A stretch of DNA of 64,000 nucleotides from Syntrophorhabdaceae bacterium. Its GTDB lineage: Bacteria > Desulfobacterota > Syntrophorhabdia > Syntrophorhabdales > Syntrophorhabdaceae. The notes under the pieces were generated by a model, which saw only the letters and a program-made list of their open reading frames with translations, ran no database searches and was not told the origin of the DNA. Position numbers and translations under genes: made by a program. This document shows, piece by piece, positions 1 through 10,400 of the stretch; position 1 is the first letter of the stretch; each line of letters begins with the position of its first letter. Where the stretch lies: assembly GCA_963665295.1 (NCBI GenBank), contig OY762209.1, positions 1,824,001-1,888,000 on the forward strand. The letters are read 5' to 3'.

Positions 1-3000
1 CCTGCCCCCGTGATTGTCCAGGGGTTGCCGTTGTCATAATAAGCATACGTGACCGTCGGGTCCCGGGTGATATTCGGGCTCCCGCAGTCATTGGCCGGGT
101 TGTCGCTCTTGCACGCAGTTTCCGTGAGGAGATTACCCCTTGCATCATAGCTCATCCACTTTCTGCTCACCATGTGGTCTGAGATGTCCGTTACGATAAT
201 ATCAGTAGGCTTGCCGAAGCTGTTATAATCGAAATGGGTGACTATGTCGTCCGTGGTCCCCATGCCGTGTTTGTGCTCCATGGATACCTTAAGGACACCC
301 GGATGGTAGTCGTAGTCGACCTGCCATGTGTATTGACCGTCCTGCACATTGTCCGTGTTGGTGGCGGTGGAGGAACGCATGGCGGGGAAACAGACATCAA
401 CACGGTTGCACGTGGGTCCGTCGGAAGGGCTGTTGTCGTAAATCCCGAGCACCTCCCACGTGTTGGCAACTTCCCTGGTATGGCCCTCACGGGATGTCGT
501 TATCTGAGAGTACATCTGGCCTTTTCGGATGGCGTCCTGATGGAAGTAGGACACGGTAGTGGCCTCCGTCACGGAGCCGTTCATCTGAGTTGTGGTGGCG
601 CTCCCGAATCCATAGAAGTCCCTCTCAGGGGCATAGTACAGTCCCTGGGTATATGAGTAGCCGGTGGTGATAGGCGTGGTTGCCCTTCCGTCATACACGT
701 CTTTCTGCGACACTGTCTGAAGCACAAAAGGGAGAAGGGTGTTGACGTATACCGTGGAAGGCGTATAAGTAAGGATGGTGCTGCCCCCTATGCCGTTATG
801 GATGGCGTAGAGGAGATCGGGAAATCCGGTCTGCGGCGCCGGGTCGTTTTGGCGATCGGGGACCACGCGATTTTGGAGATATACGTCGAGCGTATTTCCA
901 CTCGTGGAACTATTCCAGGCCGCCATATCGGTCTTGCCGTCCCCGTCATAGTCGCCCGGCCAGACCCTGACACCCGTGTAACCATCATAATATGTTGTGA
1001 TGTCCCAAGTCTCCGCCGTACTGAACCCGTTGCCTATCGATTTGAGGATATACAGATGATTCGCATCGTCATATATGGCGAGGTCCGTTTTGCCGTCGGC
1101 ATTGAAGTCGGCAAACCATTGGATGAACCCGACGGTCCCGTTATAATGGAGGTCCCTGCTCAACGACCAGGCTTCGTAGGTCGGGACCTGATTGCTGCGA
1201 GCGAAAGAGCTCCCCGTTGATAAATGCACCGCCAGCGACGAATTACCGAGGGTGCTGAGATAGCCCGCAATATCGGTCTTGCCGTCGCCGTTGAAATCCC
1301 CTGTCCAGACATAGGGGCCGGACGCGCCGCTGTAGAGGGTGGCAGGCCAGGGGCTCCGGCTGAAACCGGTGAAATGTCCACCGGAGTCTGTCGTTGACAG
1401 ATGCACGTTCAGATGGGTAAAACTTTGATTATTATCCCAGGCGGCAATATCGGTCTTGCCGTCGCCATTGAAGTCTCCGAGCCATACGAGGAGGTTATAT
1501 GCGCCGCTTTTGTAGAGATCGCACGCCCATAGATTATTTGGGGTATTGGGAGAAGCGGGGGGACTCGCCAGGTATTCGCCTGCCCTTGCTCCGTCCTGGC
1601 CCACAAATCTGTGGTTGTCCGGGTCTGAAATATACACCTTGACCCAGTCTGCGTTATACCAACTCATAAGGTCGGCTATCCCGTCTCCGTTGAAATCTCC
1701 CACCCTCGTGTTGGCAATGCCTCCGCTCACATAGGCGCGTATGCCCCATGCGTTGGTATACGACTGGAATCCGTCGCCCGTGGAGGTATACACATAAATG
1801 TTGCCGCTGCCATCCATGGTGGCCACATCCGTCTTGCCGTCGCCGTTAAAGTCTCCGAGCCAAAGTCTGGGGTTTCCGTTTCCGTCCGTATATATCTGAC
1901 CGACTTGCCACGTGCTCGCCGCAAAAGCGGCGCCCGTGGAAAGATAGACAGACAAATGCGTACCGTCCACCCAACTCATATGGTCCGTCCTGCCGTCGCC
2001 GTCAAAGTCTCCCGACCAGTTGAAATTCATCGCGGCCGGCCCGGTCTTGAGCGCGGGACTCGTAGGCCATGATACGGCGTTCGCAAAGTTGTTCTCCGCC
2101 GTCTGGTAGACAAAGGCGGTCGGAGGTAACTGGGTGATGGCGTCGCTTCCCTTCCGGGTAACGGAGGCGAGGACGGAATGGGCGGTGTAGCCGTTCCAAT
2201 TTGGATGATAGGCGAGTTCATAGCTTTTTACCAGCCTGACGTCGTTTTCTCCGTATTTCGCATACGTTCGTATGGCGGAAAGCATCATTGTCGTCTGGAC
2301 CGGATAGTTGGTGGCATACGAAGTCCCGTCGCCGAGATAAGGCATCGCTCCCATCTGCTCTGCGGTGAAGGTCACAAAGGAAACCTGGTTTGTCGTACCG
2401 CTGCAGGTTGACCCGTTCCACTGACCGGTATAGTCTATCTGCTTAAGGTAAATATTCCCGTCACCGGTACGAGGATAATAGCTTATTGCCATGCAGTTGC
2501 CGTTGGTGTCCACAACCGTGTCAAGGGCCCACTTGAAGATCTTGTTACCCCCGTCGAAGTCCTGACGGGAGTCGGTCGTGGTCCCATAGTAGTATCTGGT
2601 GCCGTCCAGGGCCGTTACTTCCCAGCCGCGTGTTGATATGTTGTGGTAGTATTTGGACCGTGCTCCTTCCACCCTGGTATTGTAAAAGACCTGACCATTT
2701 CCACCCGGACCATCAAGCTCTATCCGTACCAGTTCCACCGACGCGCCGTCTATGGTCGCCACGTAGCCGTTCATGTCGTAGACCACACCCCATTTTGTGG
2801 ACTGCTGGATCGATCCCATGTCGAGACTCCAACCTACCCCTATCCAGCCGTTCTTCTGGTAGCTGTTGTACTTGAGGGCGAGATGGGGGGCCATGCCCTT
2901 TCTTCCGGGAGGCACTTCTATGGGGATGCTTGTAGAGGCTGCTCCGGTGAAGAGGGACATTTCCACGGTGGCGGGCGAGATACCCGTTGCGCCTGCGTCG

Positions 3001-3278
3001 CTTTCCCCGGACGCCTTCGAGGGGGTTCCTCCCGTCCCCTCGCCTGCCGCCGTTGCCTGGACGGAGCTGTCGATGACGGCGTTGGACATAGCGCTGCCGG
3101 ACTGATCCTGGACCGCTTCGGGGTCGGGGTCGGGAGCCGATACTGCTGCATGGGCCTCCGACACGATAAGCCTCGCCATATAGGGAAAGACAAGCTCTAT
3201 ATGGGGCGTGGAGGTTATGGTAAAGGCAATGATGAGGAACCAGATGAAGGGCCGGAAGCGGAGAACCAGGGACGGCAT
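1..3278 (-). CDS. Partial (runs off window) secreted SpvB/TcdB-like, FG-GAP-repeat, YD/RHS-repeat protein
   Basis: Absent from the ORF track because there is no stop in the window. Manual translation from ATG at 3278 (AGGAGG upstream) gives a hydrophobic leader ending SEAHA, the SpvB-type motif FTGAASTSIPIEVPPGRKGMAPHLALKYNSYQKNGWIGVGWSL, about 7 GDF(D/N)GDG(K/R)TD repeats at 930-2010, and YD-type sequence (TVTYAYYDNGNP) in the same frame at the window edge. The frame was spot-checked, not read codon by codon. Confidence 0.85.
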   Translation of the reverse strand, partial: MPSLVLRFRPFIWFLIIAFTITSTPHIELVFPYMARLIVSEAHAAVSAPDPDPEAVQDQSGSAMSNAVIDSSVQATAAGEGTGGTPSKASGESDAGATGISPATVEMSLFTGAASTSIPIEVPPGRKGMAPHLALKYNSYQKNGWIGVGWSLDMGSIQQSTKWGVVYDMNGYVATIDGASVELVRIELDGPGGNGQVFYNTRVEGARSKYYHNISTRGWEVTALDGTRYYYGTTTDSRQDFDGGNKIFKWALDTVVDTNGNCMAISYYPRTGDGNIYLKQIDYTGQWNGSTCSGTTNQVSFVTFTAEQMGAMPYLGDGTSYATNYPVQTTMMLSAIRTYAKYGENDVRLVKSYELAYHPNWNGYTAHSVLASVTRKGSDAITQLPPTAFVYQTAENNFANAVSWPTSPALKTGPAAMNFNWSGDFDGDGRTDHMSWVDGTHLSVYLSTGAAFAASTWQVGQIYTDGNGNPRLWLGDFNGDGKTDVATMDGSGNIYVYTSTGDGFQSYTNAWGIRAYVSGGIANTRVGDFNGDGIADLMSWYNADWVKVYISDPDNHRFVGQDGARAGEYLASPPASPNTPNNLWACDLYKSGAYNLLVWLGDFNGDGKTDIAAWDNNQSFTHLNVHLSTTDSGGHFTGFSRSPWPATLYSGASGPYVWTGDFNGDGKTDIAGYLSTLGNSSLAVHLSTGSSFARSNQVPTYEAWSLSRDLHYNGTVGFIQWFADFNADGKTDLAIYDDANHLYILKSIGNGFSTAETWDITTYYDGYTGVRVWPGDYDGDGKTDMAAWNSSTSGNTLDVYLQNRVVPDRQNDPAPQTGFPDLLYAIHNGIGGSTILTYTPSTVYVNTLLPFVLQTVSQKDVYDGRATTPITTGYSYTQGLYYAPERDFYGFGSATTTQMNGSVTEATTVSYFHQDAIRKGQMYSQITTSREGHTREVANTWEVLGIYDNSPSDGPTCNRVDVCFPAMRSSTATNTDNVQDGQYTWQVDYDYHPGVLKVSMEHKHGMGTTDDIVTHFDYNSFGKPTDIIVTDISDHMVSRKWMSYDARGNLLTETACKSDNPANDCGSPNITRDPTVTYAYYDNGNPWTITGA

Positions 3279-3415
3279 GGGAATATTCCTCCTGTGTCGG
3301 AATGGGTGACGCTCTATGTGTAAGGGTGCTTCCCCCCCCGGAAAGCAGAAAGCGGGAGACAAAACGATGTGGACCTCCCTCGTTCCGTCGCCGTGCTTAT
3401 ATCGCGTATATTTCT

Positions 3416-3445
3416 ACGATAAAAGATTCCGGGGGGGGGTGTCAA
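3416..3445 (-). promoter_or_regulatory. Putative sigma70 promoter of the RHS gene with a 9-base homopolymer in the spacer
   Basis: Minus strand reads TTGACA-CCCCCCCCCGGAATCTTT (18 nt)-TATCGT. Confidence 0.45.
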
Positions 3446-3668
3446 GCTCTTTTGTGAATAATTGTACTTATTCGGGTATGTATAGGGATAATAGGGGTTT
3501 TTTAAGGCCAAAGGGAATTTAGTTTCGTGAGAAGTCCCCTCCTGTGCGATAGGTGTATTGCGGGGCGGGGCTGACGCATTTATCCCGCGAGGTCCACGGA
3601 GCATCCATAGAGACTTCCCAGAATGAGGCAGCACAGCAACATCTTTTTGATGGCAGGCGCACCGGTCT

Positions 3669-4466
3669 TTATCCGGCGCGGGGTCCTCGGACCAGGGCTT
3701 TTAAGAGGGATATGGACATGGAGACCTGTCTCAGGGCCTCCTTTTGGGTGATGACCCTTTTTCCTGCGTGGCACCTGTTGGCGAGGGCGAGGGACTCGTT
3801 CGCGATTCTGGAGATTTCCTTCCTGAGATCGTGTTCCGACGTGATTTTGAGGGGGAGCGCCATGGCGGCAAGGGAGGCGCGTGAATTTTCATCCAAAGGC
3901 AGGGAGGAGTCGAGGGCCTTGTCGAAGTCCATGTGCGCGTTCTTTGCCCACCGGCCTGCTTCCCTGTAGACCAATCCGTCCGCGGCGGGCAGGTTCCCGT
4001 ATGGAAAATTGTGGAGAGGCTGGGAGAGGTCGCCCACGTAATGGGCCAGGCTCAAAAGGTAGTACTCCCGCTCCCATCCCGCGGAGTTCTTCATGTGCCG
4101 GTAGAGATCGACTATCTTCCAGTAGAGCACGCCCGCGGGGTCGGGCACACGGATGACGATGGTCCCCGATTCCGGAGCGCCTGCTTTGACGTAGGGGCCT
4201 TCCGTAATCCCGTACCGGTCGATGTAGCCGGGCGTCACTACCGCGTGGGGCGCGGCGTTGTGCCAGTGATAAGGCCCGAGCAAGGTGTCGTTCTCTTTCT
4301 TGCTGAGATCGGGGAAGCACGCTGCCTGGGGGTCGGCCAAACCCGCTTCCCGGGCGATAAAGGCGTGGGTCTTACACGACCAGCCCAGAACGCCCGTAGA
4401 CAGGACGGGGAGGGCAAGCATGACGGTGAGGACGGCACAGAGGCAACGCGGGACAATCCGCTTCAT
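3669..4466 (-). CDS. Secreted S1/P1 nuclease / Zn-dependent phospholipase C superfamily protein
   Basis: Signal peptide followed by WSCKTHAFIA (W-x4-H), WHN, and AHYVGDLSQPLH (H-x3-D-x2-QPLH) plus a distal H..D. Start reassigned to MKRIV. Confidence 0.75.
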   Translation of the reverse strand: MKRIVPRCLCAVLTVMLALPVLSTGVLGWSCKTHAFIAREAGLADPQAACFPDLSKKENDTLLGPYHWHNAAPHAVVTPGYIDRYGITEGPYVKAGAPESGTIVIRVPDPAGVLYWKIVDLYRHMKNSAGWEREYYLLSLAHYVGDLSQPLHNFPYGNLPAADGLVYREAGRWAKNAHMDFDKALDSSLPLDENSRASLAAMALPLKITSEHDLRKEISRIANESLALANRCHAGKRVITQKEALRQVSMSISLLKALVRGPRAG

Positions 4467-4537
4467 CTTCAGTCGATAGCCCGTCCCAGGGTCCGACGGC
4501 TTGCAGAGCGGTATCCTTACCGCCCGAAGATGCCCGG

Positions 4538-5116
4538 TCAAGACCTTCTTCTTGGCGCGGGCGCCGCCGACTTCTTCCTGTATGGTTCCGAATGGGCCTT
4601 ATGCTTGAGCCAGTTATCGAGGTACGGGCCCGCCAGGTCCTTTGACCTTATGAGGAGGATATTCTCCATGTCCTTTCCGTCGGCGGTCCTCCGGAAGTTG
4701 AAGGAGCCGGTGATGACGGTGGTCTTGTCGATAATGAGCACGTTGTCACGGGCAAAGGCATGGGAGCCGTCAACATAGGCCGGTACCTTCCAGTTCGTGA
4801 GGAAGAGGGCGGAGACGTATTTTTCGGACCGCTGGGACCTGTCGAGGATCACCTCTACGCTTACCGCCCTCTTCGCAGCGCCCTGAAGAGCCCGGGCGAT
4901 CTGAGGGGACGAGAAGGAAGAGGCTTGAACGAGGACCTCCATGGCGGCGTTGTCTATCTCCTGGACGATGGTTTTCACACACTCCGGGGCGGGAGAGAAA
5001 TAGACCTTTGCAGGGGCGTTGTTGAGGGTGAGATCCGTCGCGCCCGCGTTCCATGGGTATGCGACCGCCGCAAGGACAATGGAAACGAGGACTGCCGTAA
5101 AACCTTTATTAGCCAT
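4538..5116 (-). CDS. Phospholipase D (Nuc-like) fold protein with degenerate HKD motif
   Basis: VYFSP, V.VILD.SQ, IID..TVITGSFNF and ENILLI match single-domain PLD endonucleases, but HxKxxxxD reads RDNVLIID. Confidence 0.8.
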   Translation of the reverse strand: MANKGFTAVLVSIVLAAVAYPWNAGATDLTLNNAPAKVYFSPAPECVKTIVQEIDNAAMEVLVQASSFSSPQIARALQGAAKRAVSVEVILDRSQRSEKYVSALFLTNWKVPAYVDGSHAFARDNVLIIDKTTVITGSFNFRRTADGKDMENILLIRSKDLAGPYLDNWLKHKAHSEPYRKKSAAPAPRRRS

Positions 5117-5300
5117 GGAACCCTCCGATTTGTGATGGGGACCCGCCGGACGGCTTTCTCTGCCCTATTCCCGCGTGGTGCTCGCTATTTTATCACAGGC
5201 GCAATCAAATGTCCCGTCTCCCTCGCCGGTATGGGATGCCGGGCTTATTCGCCCGACCGTCTTCCGTCCCCGGGAATTTCATCGGCCCTGAATTTTTTTC

Positions 5301-5352
5301 TTGACTTATTAAAATACATATTTAAAATATACAATTGAATTAGACGTTTTAA
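5301..5352 (+). promoter_or_regulatory. Promoter/operator of the TetR-RND operon
   Basis: TTGACT-16-TAAAAT overlapped by imperfect AT-rich palindromes (TTAAAATACATATTTAAA; TTGAATTAGACGTTTTAA). Confidence 0.5.
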
Positions 5353-5378
5353 GTGGTGAAAAACGGTTGTCCGGGGGT

Positions 5379-6056
5379 ATGATGAAAACGGCGAGAAAAG
5401 ATGCGGAACAGACCCGTCAGAGCCTGCTTTCCGCAGGGCGCGAGATCTTTGCGGAGAAGAGCTACAGGGACGCGACCATTGCCGAGATATGCGAACGGGC
5501 ATCGGCGAACGTGGCGGCTGTGAACTACCATTTCGGGGACAAAGCGACCCTTTACAGCGAATCGTGGCGTTATGCCCTCCGTAAGTCTCTGGAGACCTTC
5601 CCCATCCATGGAGGGGTGAGTGACGATGCGCCGCCGGAAGAGCGTTTGCGGGGCCAGATATCGGCCCTTATGCGCAGGATTTCCTACAAGGAAAACAAGG
5701 AGTTCTTTATTGTGCTCAGGGAACTTGCCAATCCCACGGGGATCCTCGATCAGGCCATAAAGGACGACGTGTGCGAGGTGCATGACAAGATGCAGGCCGT
5801 GGTCCGCGAACTGCTGGGCAGCAGGGCTTCCGAAATGCAGGTCAGGTTCTACGGGATAAGCATCATAACCCAGTGTGTGAATATAATGGTGGCGGAGGCG
5901 TGGAAGGAAGAGGAGAAACAGAACAAATTCGGTCTCCCCAAAATAGGTGATGTCGAAGCGTACATCGACCACGTGGTCCGGATGGCCCTCGTGAGCATGG
6001 CGGCAACGCGGAACATGAACGGGATGGGCGGCGTGGAGATTATGGACAGGGCATAA
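5379..6056 (+). CDS. TetR/AcrR family regulator (CecR-like)
   Basis: N-terminal HTH TRQSLLSAGREIFAEKSYRDATIAEICERASANVAAVNYHFGDK; RELANPT in the C-terminal domain; lies upstream of an RND pump. Confidence 0.9.
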   Translation: MMKTARKDAEQTRQSLLSAGREIFAEKSYRDATIAEICERASANVAAVNYHFGDKATLYSESWRYALRKSLETFPIHGGVSDDAPPEERLRGQISALMRRISYKENKEFFIVLRELANPTGILDQAIKDDVCEVHDKMQAVVRELLGSRASEMQVRFYGISIITQCVNIMVAEAWKEEEKQNKFGLPKIGDVEAYIDHVVRMALVSMAATRNMNGMGGVEIMDRA

Positions 6057-6257
6057 TAAAGGTCCGGATGGGTACGGCAGGGGAAAAGCCATGGAGAGCG
6101 TGGTGTGCGGCATCCCCGGTAAGAGGCGGATGCCCCGGCAACGCTGCCCGTATCGCGGAGTGATAGCACAGAAGAAGAGCGGAAGGAAGGAAAACTTCAT
6201 ATTCCCCGAAAACTTTTGAGGGTAGGCAGTCGAAATCAACCCAGGGAGAGGTGTTGT

Positions 6258-7418
6258 ATGCAGGAAATCGGCAAAGTCAAATCTATCATCATTGCGGGAC
6301 TTCTCATCGCGGTTCTTATACCGGCCGGATGCGGAAAGAAGTCGGCAGGCGGCCCGCCGCCCCAGAATGCCGAGGTGTCCGTGGTGGTCATGAAAACGGA
6401 ACCCGTAACGATCGCCACTGAATTGCCCGGCCGTACATCGCCCTATCTCGTTGCCGAGGTCCGGCCCCAGGTAAACGGCATCATCCAGAAGCGCCTGTTT
6501 ACCGAAGGGGACGACGTGAAGGCGGGCGACCTCCTCTACCAGATAGACCCTGCTCCTTACCAGGCAGCCTACGATAACGCAAAGGCGGCCCTTACCAGGG
6601 TAGAGGCCAACCTGCCCCCGGTCCGGCTTAAGGCCGAGCGCTACAAGGAACTGGTTGCCATGAACGCGGTGAGCCGGCAGGAGTTCGATGAAGCATCGGC
6701 GGCCCTCAAACAGGCGGAGGCTGAAGTGGGGGTGTACAAGGCCGCGGTGGAGACGGCGCGTATCAACCTCGCATATACACGGATCACGGCGCCCATATCG
6801 GGCCGTATCAGCAAATCCCATGTGACCGTGGGCGCTCTCGCCACCGCGCATCAGGTGATCCCCCTCACTACCATCCAGCAACTCGACCCGATCTACGTGG
6901 ACGCGACCCAGTCGAGCGCCAACCAACTCCAGCTCAAGCGCCATCTTGCGGAGGGCCGGATGAAGGGTGCCGGAGCGTCCCAGACGTCGGTGAAACTGCT
7001 CCTGGAAGACGGCACGCCTTACCCGCAGGAAGGGAGCCTCAAGTTCTCCGATGTCACCGTCGATCCCAGCACGGGGTCGTTCATTCTCCGCATACTGTTC
7101 CCCAACCCGAAACATACCCTTCTTCCGGGCATGTACGTGCGTCCCGTGATCAAGGAAGGAATAATCGACCGCGCAATCCTTGTTCCCCAGCAGGGGGTCT
7201 CCCGCGACCCGAAAGGTAATCCCCTCGTATGGATGGTAAACGGTGAAAGCAAGGTTGAACAGCGGATGATCACCGTGGATCGCGCCATGGGAGATAAGTG
7301 GCTCGTTACCGATGGGCTCGCCTCCGGCGACAGGGTAATCGTTGAAGGTGTCCAGAAAGTGCGGCCCGGCGCCTCGGTAAAGGCGGTCCCTTTCAACGCC
7401 GCACCGAAAGCGAAATAG
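6258..7418 (+). CDS. acrA: RND efflux periplasmic adaptor (AcrA/MexA family)
   Basis: Lipobox AGC, ELPGRT..AEVRPQVNGII, INLAYTRITAPISGRI, QLDPIYVD, LLPGMYVR. Confidence 0.93.
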   Translation: MQEIGKVKSIIIAGLLIAVLIPAGCGKKSAGGPPPQNAEVSVVVMKTEPVTIATELPGRTSPYLVAEVRPQVNGIIQKRLFTEGDDVKAGDLLYQIDPAPYQAAYDNAKAALTRVEANLPPVRLKAERYKELVAMNAVSRQEFDEASAALKQAEAEVGVYKAAVETARINLAYTRITAPISGRISKSHVTVGALATAHQVIPLTTIQQLDPIYVDATQSSANQLQLKRHLAEGRMKGAGASQTSVKLLLEDGTPYPQEGSLKFSDVTVDPSTGSFILRILFPNPKHTLLPGMYVRPVIKEGIIDRAILVPQQGVSRDPKGNPLVWMVNGESKVEQRMITVDRAMGDKWLVTDGLASGDRVIVEGVQKVRPGASVKAVPFNAAPKAK

Positions 7419-7431
7419 GCGGAGGAGACCG

Positions 7432-10400
7432 ATGCTATCAAACTTTTTTCTCGATCGTCCTGTTTTTGCCTGGGTCATCGCCCTCATCCTGATGCTCACG
7501 GGCGGCCTCGCCATATACAACCTGCCCATCTCCCAGTATCCTCCTATCGCGCCCCCGTCCATCTACATCCAGGCTTTCTATCCCGGGGCCTCGGCGGAGA
7601 CGGTGGAGAACAGCGTGACCCAGATCATCGAACAGAAGATGACGGGTCTCGACAAGATGCTCTACCTGTCCTCCACCAGTGATTCGGCCGGCTCCGCCCG
7701 TACGGAACTGACCTTTGCGCCGGGGACCGATGCCGACCTCGCTTGGTCCAAGGTCCAGAACAAGCTCCAACTCGCCATGGCGAGCCTTCCCGAGGTGGTG
7801 CAGCGCCAGGGTGTCACGGTAGGGAAGGCCACGAGGAACTACCTGATGATCGTGGGTCTGATCTCGGAAGACGGGAGCATGGACGGCAACGATCTCAGGG
7901 ACTACGCCCAATCCAGTCTCGAAAAGGTGCTCGCAAGGGTGCCGGGCGTGGGTGAGGTGGAGAACTTCGGGTCCCAGTACGCCATGCGCGTCTGGCTCAA
8001 TCCCGACAAGCTGACCGACTATAAGCTTACCGTCGAAGACGTGGTGGCGGCCCTCAAAACCTACAACGTGGAAGTCTCTGCGGGCCAGTTCGGCGGCACC
8101 CCGGCGGTGGGGGGGCAGCGGCTGAATAACTCCATCATCGTCCAGAGCCTGCTCAAGACTCCCGCGGAGTTTGCCGCCATCCCCGTCCGTGTCAACCCCG
8201 ACGGCTCGATCGTGAAGGTCGGTGATGTGGGACGGGCCGAGCTTGGGACCGAGACGTACGATATCGACAGTGCATATAACGGCAAACCTTCTTCCGCCAT
8301 GGCGATCAGGCAGATGGCGGGCGCGAACGCCCTGGATACGGCCAACGCAGTGAAGACAAAACTGGCCGAAATGAGCAAGTATTTCCCCCCGGGGATGAAG
8401 GTCGTCTACCCCTATGACACCACTCCCTTTGTCAAAGTGGCTATTACCGAGGTCATCAAGACCTTGCTGGAAGCGATTTTGCTGGTTTTCCTCATCATGT
8501 GGCTCTTTATGGGGAACATCAGGGCCACCCTGATCCCCACCATCGCCGTGCCCGTAGTACTCCTCGGGACCTTTGCGGTGCTGGGATTCTTCGGCTTCTC
8601 CATCAACATGCTCACCATGTTTGCCATGGTGCTCGCCATAGGGCTCCTCGTGGACGACGCCATCGTGGTGGTGGAAAACGTGGAGCGGATCATGAGCGAG
8701 GAGGGGCTTTCACCTAAGGATGCGACCCGGAAGTCCATGGGCCAGATCACGAGCGCCCTTATCGGCATCGGGCTCGTGCTCTCGGCGGTTTTCGGTCCCA
8801 TGGCGTTCTTCGGAGGCTCAACAGGCGTCATCTATCGCCAGTTCTCCGTGACCATCATCGCCTCCATGCTTCTGTCCGTGCTGGTGGCGTTGATCCTTAC
8901 TCCGGTGCTCTGCGCGTCCCTCCTGAAGCCCGTTCCCGCGGGTCATGAACCTGCGGAAAATGCCATCTCTTTCCTGCGTCCCTTTTTCAGATGGTTCGAC
9001 CGCTCCTTCTTCCGGATCAGGGACAAGTATGTAAAGACAGTGGAACGCTCCTTTTCGAGGAAGCTGCGCTACTTCGTCATCTATATCCTCATCGTGGTGA
9101 CCGTGGGTATCCTCTTTACCCGTCTGCCCAAGGCCTACGTACCCGACGAAGACCAGGGAATACTCCTTTCCCAGGTAATGCTGCCCACGGGGGCCACCCT
9201 GGAGCAGACCCAGAAGGTCGTGGCCGACGTGGAGCGTCATTTTCTGGAAAATGAAAAGAAGACGGTGGAATCGGTCATGGCCATCTCCGGTATCGGCTTC
9301 TCCGGGAGGGCCCAGAACAATGGCATCCTCTTTATCAAACTGAAAGACTGGCACCTTCGGGGCCGGAAGGACCTGAGGGTGAAGGCGATTTCGGAGCGGG
9401 CCATGAAGGCCTTTTCCCAGATGCGCAGCAGCCTTACCTTTGCTTTCCCGCCGCCTTCCGTGATCGAACTGGGCATGGGTATCGGTTTCGACTTCCAACT
9501 GGTCGACCGGGGCGGGGTAGGTCACGAAAAACTGATGGCTGCCCGGAACCAACTCCTCGGCATGATTTCCAAAGACAAGCGTGTCGCAAAGGTCCGGCCC
9601 AATGGCATGGAAGATGTGCCCCAGTACCGGATCGACGTGGACTGGGGGAAGGCGGGCGCTCTCGGGGTGCCTATCTCCTCCATTCATAATACCATCTCCG
9701 AGGCCTTCGGCAGTGTTTATGTGAATAACTTTGTCCAGAACGGCCGGGTGAAAAGGGTCTACGCCCAGGGCGACGCCCCTTACCGGATGCTGCCCAAGGA
9801 CCTGGAAAAACTCTATGTCCGTAACAACGCGGGGAAGATGGTCCCCTTTTCCGCCCTTGCCTCCAGCCGCTGGACCACAGGCTCTCCGAGGCTCGAGCGT
9901 TTCAACGGTTTTCCTTCAATGAACATATGGGGAGAGCCTGCGCCGGGGAGAAGTTCCGGCGAAGCGATGCAGGCCATGGAAGAGATGGTGGGGAAATTGC
10001 CCCAGGGGATCGGCTTTGAATGGACGGGCCTTTCCTACCAGGAGCGTATGGCGAGTTCCCAGGCGCCCCTCCTCTATGCCTTTTCCATACTTGTAATCTT
10101 CCTCTGCGTGGCGGCCCTCTACGAGAGCTGGCCCATACCGCTGGCCAACATGCTCATGCTGCCCCTGGGCATATTCGGTGCGGCCTTCGCGACCTGGGCG
10201 CGGGGCATGCACAACGACGTCTATTTCCAGATCGGGTTCCTCACTACCCTCGGTCTCACCACAAAGAACGCCATCCTTATCATCCAGTTTGCAAGGGAGA
10301 GGATGGCCCGGGGAGAAGGGCTGATGGAAGCGACCCTCGGGGCCGCGCGGGTCCGGCTGCGGCCCGTTATCATGACGTCTCTCGCGTTCTTCTTCGGTGT

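Noticed and set aside
234..3323. Many short ORFs listed in the track
   Set aside because: All overlap the long minus-strand RHS frame, which explains the region.
5349..7562. 737-aa minus-strand ORF, and similar long antisense ORFs at 22007-23740, 33191-34345, 35305-36579 and 37328-38371
   Set aside because: Shadow frames of well-supported genes in GC-rich DNA, with no recognisable motifs.
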